This document shows positions 30,584-41,358 of a DNA stretch of 64,000 nt, one piece after another. Position 1 is the stretch's first letter, and each line of letters begins with the position of its first letter. The notes under the pieces were generated by a model that saw nothing but the letters and a program-made list of their open reading frames with translations, did not search any database and was not told where the DNA came from. Made by a program: the position numbers and the translations under genes. The DNA lies in assembly GCA_963719945.1 (NCBI GenBank), contig CAVRDX010000001.1, positions 672,001-736,000 on the forward strand, in the 5' to 3' direction. This stretch comes from an uncultured Thermoplasmata archaeon (lineage in GTDB: Archaea > Thermoplasmatota > Thermoplasmata > UBA10834).

Positions 30584-32040
30584 GGTACCACCAGGCAGAC
30601 TACAATGTGCCCCTGCTGTTCGAATCCTGCGACGAGCAGAAAGTAGACGACAGGTTCGACCCAACCATCGGCGGCGCCATACCAAAGGAGCTTTTGAGGT
30701 CAGACCTCAACATACCAGACCTGCCAGAGAGAGATGTCGTGAAGCATTTCATCAATCTCTCGCAGATGAACTTCGGCGTAGACAACGGACTCTATCCGCT
30801 CGGATCGTGCACGATGAAATACAACCCGAAGATCTGCGATGAGGTCGTGTCGTGGCCATCCGTCGCAAGCATACATCCTCATCAAGACCCTTCGACCGTT
30901 CAAGGCGCTCTGAGACTCATGCACGAGCTGGAGGGCATGCTGTGCGAGGTAGGAGGGGTAGATGCGGTGACGCTCCAACCGGCCGCAGGGGCCCAGGGAG
31001 AATACACTGGCATCCATATCGTCCGGGCATATCACGAAGCGAGAGGAGAGAAGAGGAACGAGGTCATACTCCCAGATACCGCCCATGGAACGAACCCTGC
31101 AAGCGCCGCGATGGTCGGCTACGATGTCCTGGAGATACCGTCGAAGAACGGTTGTGTGGACATCGAGGCACTCAAGGCATCAATATCATCGGATACTGCG
31201 GCATTCATGTTGACGAACCCGAACACCCTCGGAATATTCGAGAAGGATGTGAAGGAGATCGCAGGTACATTGCACGATGCCGGCGCGCTGCTATACTACG
31301 ATGGCGCGAACCTGAACGCCATCATGGGGAAGACATCGCCTGGACATATGGACTTCGACATAGTCCATTTCAACCTTCACAAGACCTTCGCGACCCCTCA
31401 CGGTGGCGGCGGTCCAGGAGCGGGACCTGTCGGCGTGAAGAAGCATCTCGAGGAATTCCTGCCAGTCCCGAGGATAATCGAGAAGGACGGCAAGTATCAC
31501 CTCGACTATGATAGACCCAAGAGCATAGGCAAGGTCAAGGCATACTTCGGGAACTTCGGCGTGCTGGTCAGGGCCTATGCGTACATGAAGATGCAGGGTG
31601 GACCAGGTCTGGAGGCGGCCTCCGAGAACGCCGTGCTCAACTCGAATTACCTCAAGGAGAAGCTCAAGGACGATTTCGAACTGCCCTACGGCGGCCTCAG
31701 AAAGCACGAGTTCGTGCTGAGCGGCAAGCCATTGAAATCAAAGGGTGTCAGGACACTCGATTTCGCGAAGCGTCTTCTCGATTACGGATTCCACGCGCCC
31801 ACGATATACTTCCCGATAATCGTGGACGAGGCCATCATGATCGAACCGACCGAGACGGAATCGAAGGAAACCCTCGACAGGTTCGTGGATGTCTGCAAGC
31901 AGATCCTTAAGGAAGATCCTGAGATTCTGAAGACGGCACCTCATAACACCTCCAGACGGAGGATGGACGAAGCCAAAGCCGCAAGGGACATGATATTCAG
32001 CTGGCGCGGGTACAAGAAGAAGACCGAACACGCCAAATGA
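30580..32040 (+). CDS. gcvPB: Glycine dehydrogenase subunit 2
   Basis: PLGSCTMKYN, NLHKTF.TPHGGGGPG, EPTETE. Confidence 0.96.
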   Translation: MRYHQADYNVPLLFESCDEQKVDDRFDPTIGGAIPKELLRSDLNIPDLPERDVVKHFINLSQMNFGVDNGLYPLGSCTMKYNPKICDEVVSWPSVASIHPHQDPSTVQGALRLMHELEGMLCEVGGVDAVTLQPAAGAQGEYTGIHIVRAYHEARGEKRNEVILPDTAHGTNPASAAMVGYDVLEIPSKNGCVDIEALKASISSDTAAFMLTNPNTLGIFEKDVKEIAGTLHDAGALLYYDGANLNAIMGKTSPGHMDFDIVHFNLHKTFATPHGGGGPGAGPVGVKKHLEEFLPVPRIIEKDGKYHLDYDRPKSIGKVKAYFGNFGVLVRAYAYMKMQGGPGLEAASENAVLNSNYLKEKLKDDFELPYGGLRKHEFVLSGKPLKSKGVRTLDFAKRLLDYGFHAPTIYFPIIVDEAIMIEPTETESKETLDRFVDVCKQILKEDPEILKTAPHNTSRRRMDEAKAARDMIFSWRGYKKKTEHAK

Positions 32041-32048
32041 TCCTGTGT

Positions 32049-32291
32049 CTAGCTACGGTCGAATCGTGCGCAGATCAGGGTCCTGGTCCCAGTCACTCCC
32101 TGGATCGTGCGTATCCTATCGGTCACGATATCGCAGAGTTCGTCGAAATCCTTTGTCTCCAAACGCGCGATCATATCATACTGACCGAAGAGTTGGTGAA
32201 CTTCTCCGAGCTCAGGGAGCAACCTCAGCTGTTCAAGGACCTTGGATTCCTTGCCGGTTGCGGTGGTTATCAGTACAAATCCCATTGCCAG
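32049..32291 (-). CDS. Stand-alone Lrp/AsnC ligand-binding domain protein
   Basis: GFVLI, LFGQYDMIA, IRTIQGVTGTRTL. Confidence 0.88.
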   Translation of the reverse strand: MAMGFVLITTATGKESKVLEQLRLLPELGEVHQLFGQYDMIARLETKDFDELCDIVTDRIRTIQGVTGTRTLICARFDRS

Positions 32292-32506
32292 GGCAATCAC
32301 CTGAGATTGGCTTAATCGACTCTTACGTACTATAAGCTATCGGGATTGTCCATCGATGCACATTATTGAATGCCTGTGTTTGCCCGCTGCATGTACGCAT
32401 ATGTTCATTTGCCAGCACTGGCTTGTTATGCCTACATGTGCCCAATTTCGCAATCGCGAGTGTGATTCTTAAATACGCGAGTGGATGATTGTGGAGGGTT
32501 GTCATC

Positions 32507-33100
32507 ATGGCAGGCCTCATTATCCTAGAGGGCATCGATGGTTGCGGCAAGTCAACGGTTGCCAAGAGGTTAGCCAAGGCCCTCGGAGAAAATGTGGTCC
32601 TGACTCGAGAACCCACAGACTCGTGGATGGGAAAGGCGGTCAAGGATGGGGACGGCAAGGAAGTCAGCCCATACACCGATGCGCTTCTATTCATGACGGA
32701 CAGGGCTTATCACGTAGCTGAGATGGTCGAGGAGATCAAGAAGGGCAAGCTCATCGTATGTGATCGATACTACCACTCCACCGTAGCGTACCAGACAGCA
32801 TCTCTTAAGAGGAAGGGACTGGGAGATAATTTCGGCTGGCTTCTGGACGCGAATACAAGGATCGCGATAAAACCGGATGTGACATATCTTCTGAGAGTGC
32901 CTGTCGATGTCGCGCTTGAGAGGATGTCAGACCGGCCTGAGAAATCGAGGTTCGAGAAGGCGGAGTTCCTCCAGGAAGTGAGCACGAACTATGATCGTCT
33001 CGCATCCATGGACAGCACGATTGTAATGATCGATGCGACCAAGGACCCTGACGAAGTGCTCGAACAGATACTCTCAGACATTAAGGAGCGGAACATATAA
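32507..33100 (+). CDS. tmk: Thymidylate kinase
   Basis: EGIDGCGKST, TREP, CDRYYHST.AYQ. Confidence 0.95.
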   Translation: MAGLIILEGIDGCGKSTVAKRLAKALGENVVLTREPTDSWMGKAVKDGDGKEVSPYTDALLFMTDRAYHVAEMVEEIKKGKLIVCDRYYHSTVAYQTASLKRKGLGDNFGWLLDANTRIAIKPDVTYLLRVPVDVALERMSDRPEKSRFEKAEFLQEVSTNYDRLASMDSTIVMIDATKDPDEVLEQILSDIKERNI

Positions 33101-33128
33101 TATGAGGAACAGGACTGGAAGTGGTTAG

Positions 33129-34322
33129 ATGCACCCGGCAGATCATCTCAGAGGAGCCAAGAGCGACAAGCTGAAGGGACGCAAGATAGTACTTGGTCTC
33201 ACGGGCAGCATCGCAGCCGTCGAATCGATCAGGCTGTGCAGGGAACTCATAAGGCACGGAGCGGAAGTGCATGTGGTCATGTCGCCAGATGCGAAGACAA
33301 TAGTGCACCCGTACGCAATGGAGTTCGCTTCAGGCAGACCAGCCATCACGGAAATCGATGGGGGCGTGCAGCATGTGGCCCTGTGCGGAGATGTTCCGGA
33401 CAAGGCCGAACTCCTGTTGATCGCGCCCGCCACCGCCAATACAATATCGAAGATAGCATGCGGCATCGATGACACACCGGTGACCACCTTCGCAACTACC
33501 GCTTTGGGAACTGGCATTCAGGTAGTAGTCGTGCCAGCTATGCACGGGACGATGATCAAGAACAAGGCCGTCATCGAGAATATCAAGAAACTCAGGGACA
33601 TGGGGGTCTTGGTACTCGAACCGAGGATGGAAGAGGCGAAGGCGAAGATGCCGGATATCGAGCACATAGTGACCTATGCGATCCGAACCGTAGGCAAGAA
33701 CGACCTGAAGGGGAGGAAGGTGCTCGTCATCGCAGGAGCCACCGAGGAACCGATGGACGACATCAGGGTGGTCACGAACAAGAGTTCCGGAGAGACTGGC
33801 ATCGAGTTCGCGAGAGCTGCCTATGAGCATGGCGCTACCGTGGACCTCTGGATGGGAAGATGCGATACGCCGATTCCGAGCTATTTCACAACGACGAGGT
33901 TCTCCAGCTTCAAAGAGCTGGCAGAGCTGATGGGGAAGGTGGACCATGACATCGTGTTCTTCCCAGCAGCGGTATCGGATTATTCACCGGACAAGTTCGA
34001 AGGTAAGATGCACTCCGACAAGGAAAGCATCACAGTGACGCTCAAGAGAAACCCCAAACTGATAGACACCATCAAGGCCAAGGTCGTCGTGGGATTCAAG
34101 GCGCAGGCGAAGCTGGACGACGAGGGATTGGTGAACGAGGCGAAATTGCTCCTCGACAGATCCAAGTGCTCTCTGGTAGTGGCCAACAAGATAGAGGAGG
34201 TCTCGAAGGGCAAGACGAGGGTCCTGCTCGTCGAGAAGAACGGACTGTTCATCAGTCTTGATGGCACCAAGTTCAATGTCGCCGAAAGGGTCGTCGACAG
34301 GGTTGCGAGGATGATACAATGA
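33129..34322 (+). CDS. coaBC: Phosphopantothenoylcysteine decarboxylase / phosphopantothenate-cysteine ligase
   Basis: TGSIAA, APATANTISKIA.GI.D, PAMH, NKSSG, AAVSD. Confidence 0.95.
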   Translation: MHPADHLRGAKSDKLKGRKIVLGLTGSIAAVESIRLCRELIRHGAEVHVVMSPDAKTIVHPYAMEFASGRPAITEIDGGVQHVALCGDVPDKAELLLIAPATANTISKIACGIDDTPVTTFATTALGTGIQVVVVPAMHGTMIKNKAVIENIKKLRDMGVLVLEPRMEEAKAKMPDIEHIVTYAIRTVGKNDLKGRKVLVIAGATEEPMDDIRVVTNKSSGETGIEFARAAYEHGATVDLWMGRCDTPIPSYFTTTRFSSFKELAELMGKVDHDIVFFPAAVSDYSPDKFEGKMHSDKESITVTLKRNPKLIDTIKAKVVVGFKAQAKLDDEGLVNEAKLLLDRSKCSLVVANKIEEVSKGKTRVLLVEKNGLFISLDGTKFNVAERVVDRVARMIQ

Positions 34323-35179
34323 AGGTCACGGCGTTCAGCCCGGGCCATATCACGGGCTTTTTTGAGATATGTCCAGGAAAGGATCCACTATCGACAGGAT
34401 CCAGGGGTGCAGGTGTGTGCATCTCCCTGGGTGCGACATCTGAAGTCCAGCTGGTGCCGGCGACCAAGCAGTCCGTGAAGGTTACGATAAACGGCAAGCA
34501 GAGTCGCGCGGAGGTCACCAGGGCAGCCATATCGCATCTGATAGGTGACACCGGCATGAGGGTGAACATAGCGACTCAACTCGACCTCCCCATTGGCCAA
34601 GGTTTCGGGATGAGCGCAGCTGGAACACTCTCCGCCGCCATCGCTACTGCGTATGTGATGGGCAGGGAGAGGCAGGAGGCGTTCGAAGCGGCTCACATAG
34701 CCGAGATCGAATGCGGTTGCGGACTCGGCGATGTCTCGGCGATACACAGAGGCGGCGTGACCATAAGGACGAGACCAGGGCTCCCTCCGAAAGGTGAGGT
34801 GCTCAGGGTCGACGACGACCGCGAGATTGTCCTCGCCATCATAGGGAAGAAGCTCCTGACGAAAGAGATATTGGAGGATGAGGAGACTCGCAATGACATC
34901 AATTCCAAGGGCGCGGGTCTTCTGGACAGCATGGTCAAGGACCAGACCGTCGAGCGACTCATGGTTAACTCGCGCATATTCGCGATAGAATCTGGCCTGG
35001 CGACCAAGAAGATCATCAAGGCCATGGACCTCGTGAACGGCCCTGGCATGGCCAGCATGTCGATGCTTGGCAATTCACTCTTCGCAATAGGAGATGTCGA
35101 GAGGATAAAGGAACGGCTCTCCAGCATAGGAGATGTCAGAGTGTGCAAGATAGACACACAGGGTCCCAGATTATTGTGA
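34319..35179 (+). CDS. Pantoate kinase (archaeal GHMP kinase)
   Basis: PGHITGFF, GSRGAG, PIGQGFGMSAA, GLGDV; coupled to coaBC. Confidence 0.9.
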   Translation: MKVTAFSPGHITGFFEICPGKDPLSTGSRGAGVCISLGATSEVQLVPATKQSVKVTINGKQSRAEVTRAAISHLIGDTGMRVNIATQLDLPIGQGFGMSAAGTLSAAIATAYVMGRERQEAFEAAHIAEIECGCGLGDVSAIHRGGVTIRTRPGLPPKGEVLRVDDDREIVLAIIGKKLLTKEILEDEETRNDINSKGAGLLDSMVKDQTVERLMVNSRIFAIESGLATKKIIKAMDLVNGPGMASMSMLGNSLFAIGDVERIKERLSSIGDVRVCKIDTQGPRLL

Positions 35180-35190
35180 GATCGATCTGA

Positions 35191-35493
35191 CTACTCGTAG
35201 AGAGTGAACAATCTATCGTCGCAATTCACATCGAACAGTCCGATCCTTGCACCGCAGTCGAGCCATCCATGAGCATAATTTACGCATGCGAAAGCGTTGA
35301 TGAGATCACCCTTCTTCAGAAAATCCTTCGAGTCCTCGAAATATGCTCTGGCCATCCCCAAGAAATCATCCGCGAGCTTACGATTGAATGAACGCTCGGG
35401 AGCGGCGACCTCCAGCTTGGAGAGGGCTTGCGATGTGATGCCTATGTACCTCTCGACCTTCTCGACGCTGAGCACGCTCTCCTCGGATGACAT
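35191..35493 (-). CDS. DUF357 family protein
   Basis: MARAYFEDSKDFL...NYAHGWLDCG. Confidence 0.9.
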   Translation of the reverse strand: MSSEESVLSVEKVERYIGITSQALSKLEVAAPERSFNRKLADDFLGMARAYFEDSKDFLKKGDLINAFACVNYAHGWLDCGARIGLFDVNCDDRLFTLYE

Positions 35494-35494
35494 T

Positions 35495-37096
35495 TCACAT
35501 CCTTCTCGACGGCACCACTTCCACGCTCTCGCCGCCGTGCTTGGACTCCCTCGGCCTGACCTCCACGAACAGAGGCATCGATACACCGCCACCGGTGATG
35601 ATCGCTGTACCTATGGGCAGACGCTGTATCTCATCTTCCATGCCGTCCGTGAGACCCTCGATCGATGATGTGATCGCCTTGAGGTCATTGGGATTGTTGA
35701 CTTTGAGTATGATCTGAGTATTGCACTGGCTCAGGACGTTCTTGTCTACCTTGGCCGGCCGTTGGGTGATGATCATCAGACCCAGTCCGAACTTACGGCC
35801 TTCGGATGCGATCGTCCTGAAGACTTTCGAGCATGCAACGACTCCCTGCTGAGGGCAGAAGTTGTGAGCCTCTTCGACCACGAGCATCAGAGGCGGGATC
35901 TTCCCGACCTTTCTCAGCTCGAACATCGCGTTGCAGACCCTGTTCACGATGAGCTCCTGTATATCAGGTGGCGTGCCTCTCAGGTTTATGATGGTTGTCT
36001 TTCCTTTCTGGATCAGCTCATCGATCTTGGTACCTTGCTCTGCGAACACCTCTATCTCATTCAGATACTCCAGTTCGCTTATCAGACCTGCACTGGAGGG
36101 TTCGGCGTTCGCCTCGAGTACTGCGATGATGTCCTTCAGAGAATAGCTATCTTTGGTTTCGCGAAGGGCTTCTACAGCCTTCCGCAACATCGTGAGATAC
36201 GACCTCACATTCTTTATGTTGGTCAAGCCAAGGATCTCCCTGGCGTCTAGATTGTGCAGTGTGAATCTTAGCGGCTTCGCGCCCTTGTTGATGTTGGTGT
36301 CCGTCGCGAACTCCATGATCCGGTCTTCATATCCCTTTGGCGTCACTCCGAAATCCCTGGTTGTCTTCTTTACAACGCCCTTCTGCTTCATGGTGGAGTA
36401 TTCGCCGTGAGGGTCTAGCACGCATACGGTTACCTTGTGCTTCATCATCTCTTCGATGAGAGCACCTGAACAGTATGATTTGCCGCCGCCAGTCTTGCTC
36501 AATATGCAGACGTGTTTCTGGACGAGAGCGTTGATGTCAAGTTCTACCCTAATTTCGTGACCCGTGAGAAGACCGATGTATGCGCCTACGTCGGTGTGCT
36601 CTTTGATGCCTACAATCTCCTTGATCAATTCCTCATCGGCGCGCAAGACATTCTCCCCGGCCTTCAGAGGAGTTCTCGGGACCTGCAGCAGACTGCGCTC
36701 GTCCCTGTAACCAACAATGGATACGACAGCGACCTCTTTCTCCTCGATCGGCACCGGTGTGCCGTGCTTCATGGATTGTACGCCATCTATTGTGAGGTTC
36801 GTGCGCCTCTCCACTTCGGAGACCTGCCCAAGAACGAAACCGTGGATCGGGTGGTTGACCTGCACATACTCCATCTTCTCGAGCGGTGCGGTTATCACCA
36901 TGTTGAATTTGAGAGTGCCGACATTGCCATAGATCATCCCGACTTCTTCGAGTCCGCCAGAGTGCTTCTTCTTGGATCCTCTCGCGTGCTTCGCTGGCTG
37001 CTCCTGGGCAGACTCTGCAGGGGTATCTTCGGCCATGACAGTCTCCAGTTCCTGCGGAGATAGAATCATCTGGTCAGTACCTTCGTTCACGTGCAT
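35495..37096 (-). CDS. HerA-like (DUF87) ATPase with HAS-barrel
   Basis: H..ILSKTGGGKS, DPHGEY, EEAHNF, EGRKFG, TQRP; start uncertain. Confidence 0.9.
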   Translation of the reverse strand: MHVNEGTDQMILSPQELETVMAEDTPAESAQEQPAKHARGSKKKHSGGLEEVGMIYGNVGTLKFNMVITAPLEKMEYVQVNHPIHGFVLGQVSEVERRTNLTIDGVQSMKHGTPVPIEEKEVAVVSIVGYRDERSLLQVPRTPLKAGENVLRADEELIKEIVGIKEHTDVGAYIGLLTGHEIRVELDINALVQKHVCILSKTGGGKSYCSGALIEEMMKHKVTVCVLDPHGEYSTMKQKGVVKKTTRDFGVTPKGYEDRIMEFATDTNINKGAKPLRFTLHNLDAREILGLTNIKNVRSYLTMLRKAVEALRETKDSYSLKDIIAVLEANAEPSSAGLISELEYLNEIEVFAEQGTKIDELIQKGKTTIINLRGTPPDIQELIVNRVCNAMFELRKVGKIPPLMLVVEEAHNFCPQQGVVACSKVFRTIASEGRKFGLGLMIITQRPAKVDKNVLSQCNTQIILKVNNPNDLKAITSSIEGLTDGMEDEIQRLPIGTAIITGGGVSMPLFVEVRPRESKHGGESVEVVPSRRM

Positions 37097-37195
37097 CCCA
37101 TCTCGATTCCCTAATATGACAGTCTCGTCTATTAATCTTTTGCGAGAGCGAAATCCAGTCGAGACGACCGTCAATATATTAGAGAGGAAACAGCA

Positions 37196-38068
37196 TTGTC
37201 GCCAGACGGTACCATGTATGTCGTAGGGGGGTCGGCCTCTCAGAGGCTCTCGGTAGAACTCGCAAAAGTTCTCAAGGCCAAATTGGCCAAGGTTGAGATC
37301 AAACGGTTTCCAGATGATGAGTGCTATGTCAGGATAGACGAGGAACTGGAAGGAGAAGACGTCTTCCTCGTACAGACAACCTGGCCGGACAAGAACATCG
37401 TGGAACTCTTCCTACTCCAAGATGCCATCCGCGAGTTCGATGTCTCATCCTTGACTACGGTCGTTCCCTACTTCGGATATGCACGACAGGACAAGCAGTT
37501 CAAAACAGGCGAGCCCATAAGCGCGCGGGCCATCGCGCGTCTCATTCAATCGAACACTGATGAATTCATCACCGTAGATATCCACGCACCATCAGTGATA
37601 GACTGGTTCAATGGTGTATCCGCTAAGAACGCGCACGCGTACCCCGAGATAGGCAAGTTCCTGAAAGCAAAGGGAACGGAGGTGGTACTATCACCCGACG
37701 AGGGAAGATGGGACAACGCTAAGCGCATAGCCGATGTCATGAACTGTGAAGCCGACTATCTCGTCAAGGAGAGACTGGATGGCGAGACCGTGACGATGAC
37801 TCCTAAGTCGCTGGACGTGAAAGGCAAGAAAGTGGCGATCGTCGACGACATCATCTCGACGGGAGGCACCATCGTGAAAGCGGCAGAACAGCTGAAGAAG
37901 CAAGGGGCCGCTCACATCGTCGCCGCATGTACCCATGGGGTGTTCGCACGGGACGCGGTCCCGAAACTCAAGAGATGCTGCGACGAGATTTATTCGACTG
38001 ATACGATAGAAAACCCCACGACGACCATAAGTGTGGCGCCACAGATAGCTAGGATGGCAATGGACTGA
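37196..38068 (+). CDS. prs: Ribose-phosphate pyrophosphokinase
   Basis: FPDDE, PYFGYARQD, VDDIISTGGT. Confidence 0.95.
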   Translation: MSPDGTMYVVGGSASQRLSVELAKVLKAKLAKVEIKRFPDDECYVRIDEELEGEDVFLVQTTWPDKNIVELFLLQDAIREFDVSSLTTVVPYFGYARQDKQFKTGEPISARAIARLIQSNTDEFITVDIHAPSVIDWFNGVSAKNAHAYPEIGKFLKAKGTEVVLSPDEGRWDNAKRIADVMNCEADYLVKERLDGETVTMTPKSLDVKGKKVAIVDDIISTGGTIVKAAEQLKKQGAAHIVAACTHGVFARDAVPKLKRCCDEIYSTDTIENPTTTISVAPQIARMAMD

Positions 38069-38116
38069 TTTCCAACCAAAAGCTACATAAGCCCCTCTAG
38101 GATTCTCGGAGCTGGC

Positions 38117-39514
38117 ATGAAGAAAGCAGAGGATTTCAGCGAGTGGTACAACGAAATCGTCGAAAAGGCGAACCTAACTGACAAGCGCTATCCCATCAAA
38201 GGGATGAACGTCTGGACGCCCTATGGCTGGAAGATAATGCAGGCCATCGACCGGCACATAAGGGAAGGTTTTGACGGCACCGACCACCAGGAAGTATGTT
38301 TCCCTCTGCTCGTGCCTGAGGACCAGTTCGCCAAGGAGAAGGAACATATCAAGGGATTCGACGCTGAGGTATTCTGGGTCACACATGCAGGGTTGAACCC
38401 CCTGGACGTCAGGCTGTTGCTCAGACCTACCAGCGAGACGGCAATGTATCCGATGTTCTCGCTATGGGTCAGGTCCCATGCGGACCTCCCTCTCAAGACA
38501 TATCAGATCGTCAACACTTTCAGGTACGAGACAAAGCAGACTCGTGCATTCATCAGGGTCAGGGAGATACACTTCTTCGAATCACACACATGCCATGCTG
38601 ATTTCGAGGATGCGGAGAGGCAGGTCAGGGAAGACTACGAAATCCTGGAGAAGCTCGCCGAGAAGTGGTGCATACCATACAGATTGCTCAAACGCACAAG
38701 CTGGGACAAGTTCCCGGGCGCATTCTACACGGTCGGAATAGACACGCTCCTCCCATCAGGCAGGAGCCTGCAATTGGGTTCAATTCACCAGTACAAAGAG
38801 AATTTCTCCCGACCATATGACATCAAGTATGAGGACGACCAGGGTCAGCACAAGTACGTCCATCAGACCACCTATGGCATGAGCGAGAGGCTGGTCGGTT
38901 CAATAGTCGCGATCCACGGGGATGACAAGGGATTGGTGCTGCCCCCGGAGGTGGCATCCATCCAGGTCGTGATCGTGCCCGTACTCGCGAAAGGAGCCAT
39001 CGACAAGGTCACCGAAGAGGCTAGACAGTTGCATAAAGAGTTGAAGCAAGCTGGCCTCAGGGTCCATATTGACGAGAGGGATGTCAGACCAGGTGTCAAA
39101 TACTATGATTGGGAGCTCAAAGGCGTCCCACTCAGACTGGAGCTGGGTATGAGGGACATCGATAATGGCAAGGTAACTCTCGTCCGCAGGGACATCGGTG
39201 CGAAGTCCTTGAATGACAGGCCCAGAGCAGTCGATGAAGTCAAAGAAATGCTCTCAACCATAGCCAGGGAGATGCTCGCAAGAGCTCAGAAGGAGATGGA
39301 TGACAACGTGGTCACCGTCGATTCCTTGGAAAACCTCCCCAGCAAGATGATCCGCACAGGATGGTGCGGGGATGAAGAGTGCGGTCATGCCATCGAGACT
39401 AAGTCGGACAAGAATATCCTGGGCACGCCGATAGTCGACGAGAAGTACGATGGCAAGTGTGTCATCTGTGGCAAGCCCACAAAGACCCCGGTCTATCTCG
39501 CAAATGCGATGTGA
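38117..39514 (+). CDS. proS: Prolyl-tRNA synthetase (archaeal type)
   Basis: RPTSET, FRYETK, REIHFFE, WELKGVPLR. Confidence 0.97.
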   Translation: MKKAEDFSEWYNEIVEKANLTDKRYPIKGMNVWTPYGWKIMQAIDRHIREGFDGTDHQEVCFPLLVPEDQFAKEKEHIKGFDAEVFWVTHAGLNPLDVRLLLRPTSETAMYPMFSLWVRSHADLPLKTYQIVNTFRYETKQTRAFIRVREIHFFESHTCHADFEDAERQVREDYEILEKLAEKWCIPYRLLKRTSWDKFPGAFYTVGIDTLLPSGRSLQLGSIHQYKENFSRPYDIKYEDDQGQHKYVHQTTYGMSERLVGSIVAIHGDDKGLVLPPEVASIQVVIVPVLAKGAIDKVTEEARQLHKELKQAGLRVHIDERDVRPGVKYYDWELKGVPLRLELGMRDIDNGKVTLVRRDIGAKSLNDRPRAVDEVKEMLSTIAREMLARAQKEMDDNVVTVDSLENLPSKMIRTGWCGDEECGHAIETKSDKNILGTPIVDEKYDGKCVICGKPTKTPVYLANAM

Positions 39515-39548
39515 GAAAGATCCGTGTATCTCAGAAAGGCGACCAGAG

Positions 39549-39779
39549 TCACTGGGGCAGAGGCTTCTTCTTCCTGTAGAGCAGGATACCCACGATCCCA
39601 AAAAGCATGAGCGGGGCGTAAATCACATAGATGCCTATGTTCCCCTTATCGAATGGGTACCATGTGTCGTACATTATGCCCCATATCCAATAAAGAGCGA
39701 TTCCTGCGACTAGGAGCAGTGCATAGAACGAGAATGTCGCCTTTCTCTGAAATTCTGCACCTTCCGTCTCGACCATCAT
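39549..39779 (-). CDS. Small two-TM membrane protein
   Basis: Two hydrophobic helices and a basic C-terminus. Confidence 0.7.
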   Translation of the reverse strand: MMVETEGAEFQRKATFSFYALLLVAGIALYWIWGIMYDTWYPFDKGNIGIYVIYAPLMLFGIVGILLYRKKKPLPQ

Positions 39780-40090
39780 CGCGCCCAATGAATTGGCCGT
39801 ATAAATTGCTTTTGATATAGTCTTGGATCTATCATTCAGCCTGTTTCCTCGGCAAATATCCCATAGTAAGGGCATTTTGGACTACGAGCCAGTCAGTTTC
39901 GTGGTTCCTAATCCTGCAGGGTCCACCATTTTACTGGCTAATCGTTTTCGGTGCAACTATGCAGCTATTGAAGATCAGAACTCCCCCTGCGTGATACATA
40001 CATAGATCGGAGTCACCTGACCTCCAAAATCCCATATATTCTGACCAAAAGGTTCTTCAAAAAGAGCGGCAATTCTGGGCAGGGAATTTG

Positions 40091-40594
40091 ATGAAAGCAC
40101 TGGTTGCCTATTTATCCTCAACGGGGAACACGAAGAAGATAGCTGAGGCCATCTGCGACGAAATAAGATGCGAAAAGGACATCATGAAAATCGACGAGGT
40201 CGAGGACATCGGATCGTATGATATTTCATTCCTTGGCTTTCCCGTCCACGGGTATGGACCCGACAAGAAGACAAAGGAATTTCTGGAGAAGCATTGCACT
40301 GATGGACGCAAGATAGCACTCTTCATAACGCATGCTGCACCAGAGGAAGAACCGGAACTCCCGGAAACGCTCGCGAAGTTCAAGCAGGCGGCTGCCAGAG
40401 CGGATACCCAGGGCATTTTCAACTGCCAGGGAGAGCTTGCCAAAGGTGTGAAATTCATTATGAAGATAGCTCCAAGCAAGACGATGCGCTCACAAGCAAA
40501 GAAGGATAACAGCAAAGGGCAACCAGATTCGGCTCGAGTGGAGAAGGCCCGGGCCTTCGCTCGAGAGACTATGAGTCGATTGGAGATTCTTTGA
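40091..40594 (+). CDS. Flavodoxin family protein
   Basis: YLSSTGNTKKIAEAI, GFPV, ALFIT. Confidence 0.9.
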   Translation: MKALVAYLSSTGNTKKIAEAICDEIRCEKDIMKIDEVEDIGSYDISFLGFPVHGYGPDKKTKEFLEKHCTDGRKIALFITHAAPEEEPELPETLAKFKQAAARADTQGIFNCQGELAKGVKFIMKIAPSKTMRSQAKKDNSKGQPDSARVEKARAFARETMSRLEIL

Positions 40595-40768
40595 AACCGA
40601 ACAAGTACTCAGAACTCGCTAAACGGGCAAACTAGGGTTTTCTCTTTTCCCGCAGGTTGCCTTTGGTGAGCACTCCATCCCGTTGGCATGTCCAGATGAT
40701 GGCTTCAGGATGAGCAGAGGATGGTGGCAGACTCCTCTCACTGCGATAGACAGGTTCTAACCCGCCAT

Positions 40769-40951
40769 TCAACTTAGGATCCCCACAATCCATATAATCA
40801 CCACAACTGCAAGAAACAACACTATGAATGCGAGTATAGTCGTTCCGCGCAATCCAAAAGAAGTCTTCTCATTTTCCAGACGCGCCTCCGTACCTTTGTT
40901 CTGAACCGTAAGATGCTGTGATGGTGGTGGCAATTGTCCGCGCATTGGCAC
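40769..40951 (-). CDS. Small tail-anchored membrane protein
   Basis: Polar N-terminus, C-terminal TM helix. Confidence 0.55.
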   Translation of the reverse strand: MPMRGQLPPPSQHLTVQNKGTEARLENEKTSFGLRGTTILAFIVLFLAVVVIIWIVGILS

Positions 40952-41055
40952 ATATGACAGATGTTGGAGACCTTAAGGATAGTCACGATATCCCGCATTC
41001 AATCCCTGAGAGAAGCCCTTAAGGCATCGAGAACGATTCGGATATAGGGAATGTC

Positions 41056-41358
41056 GTGAAGTGTCCTGATTGTGGATGCGACGTCAAATTTCAAAAATCT
41101 AGCATATCATGTTCCAAATGCAGCTGGCAGCCATCACCTACGGTCCTTAACATGTATCGACTGGCTCCTATGACGAATAGACGCATCTTGGGTGGAGGCA
41201 TATCCTTGCTCGCTTTCGCAGGGGCATACTTCGTCTTCTATGATCACATTTGGATGGCCATTGTGATGGGCGCCTGCGGTCTTGCGCTAGTACCAATAAA
41301 TCTTGCCGTTCGAGATTTCGCAGTCAAGAGAATGATTGCCGAGTATGATAGCATCTGA
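41056..41358 (+). CDS. Zinc-ribbon plus two-TM small protein
   Basis: CPDC...CSKC followed by two hydrophobic helices. Confidence 0.65.
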   Translation: MKCPDCGCDVKFQKSSISCSKCSWQPSPTVLNMYRLAPMTNRRILGGGISLLAFAGAYFVFYDHIWMAIVMGACGLALVPINLAVRDFAVKRMIAEYDSI

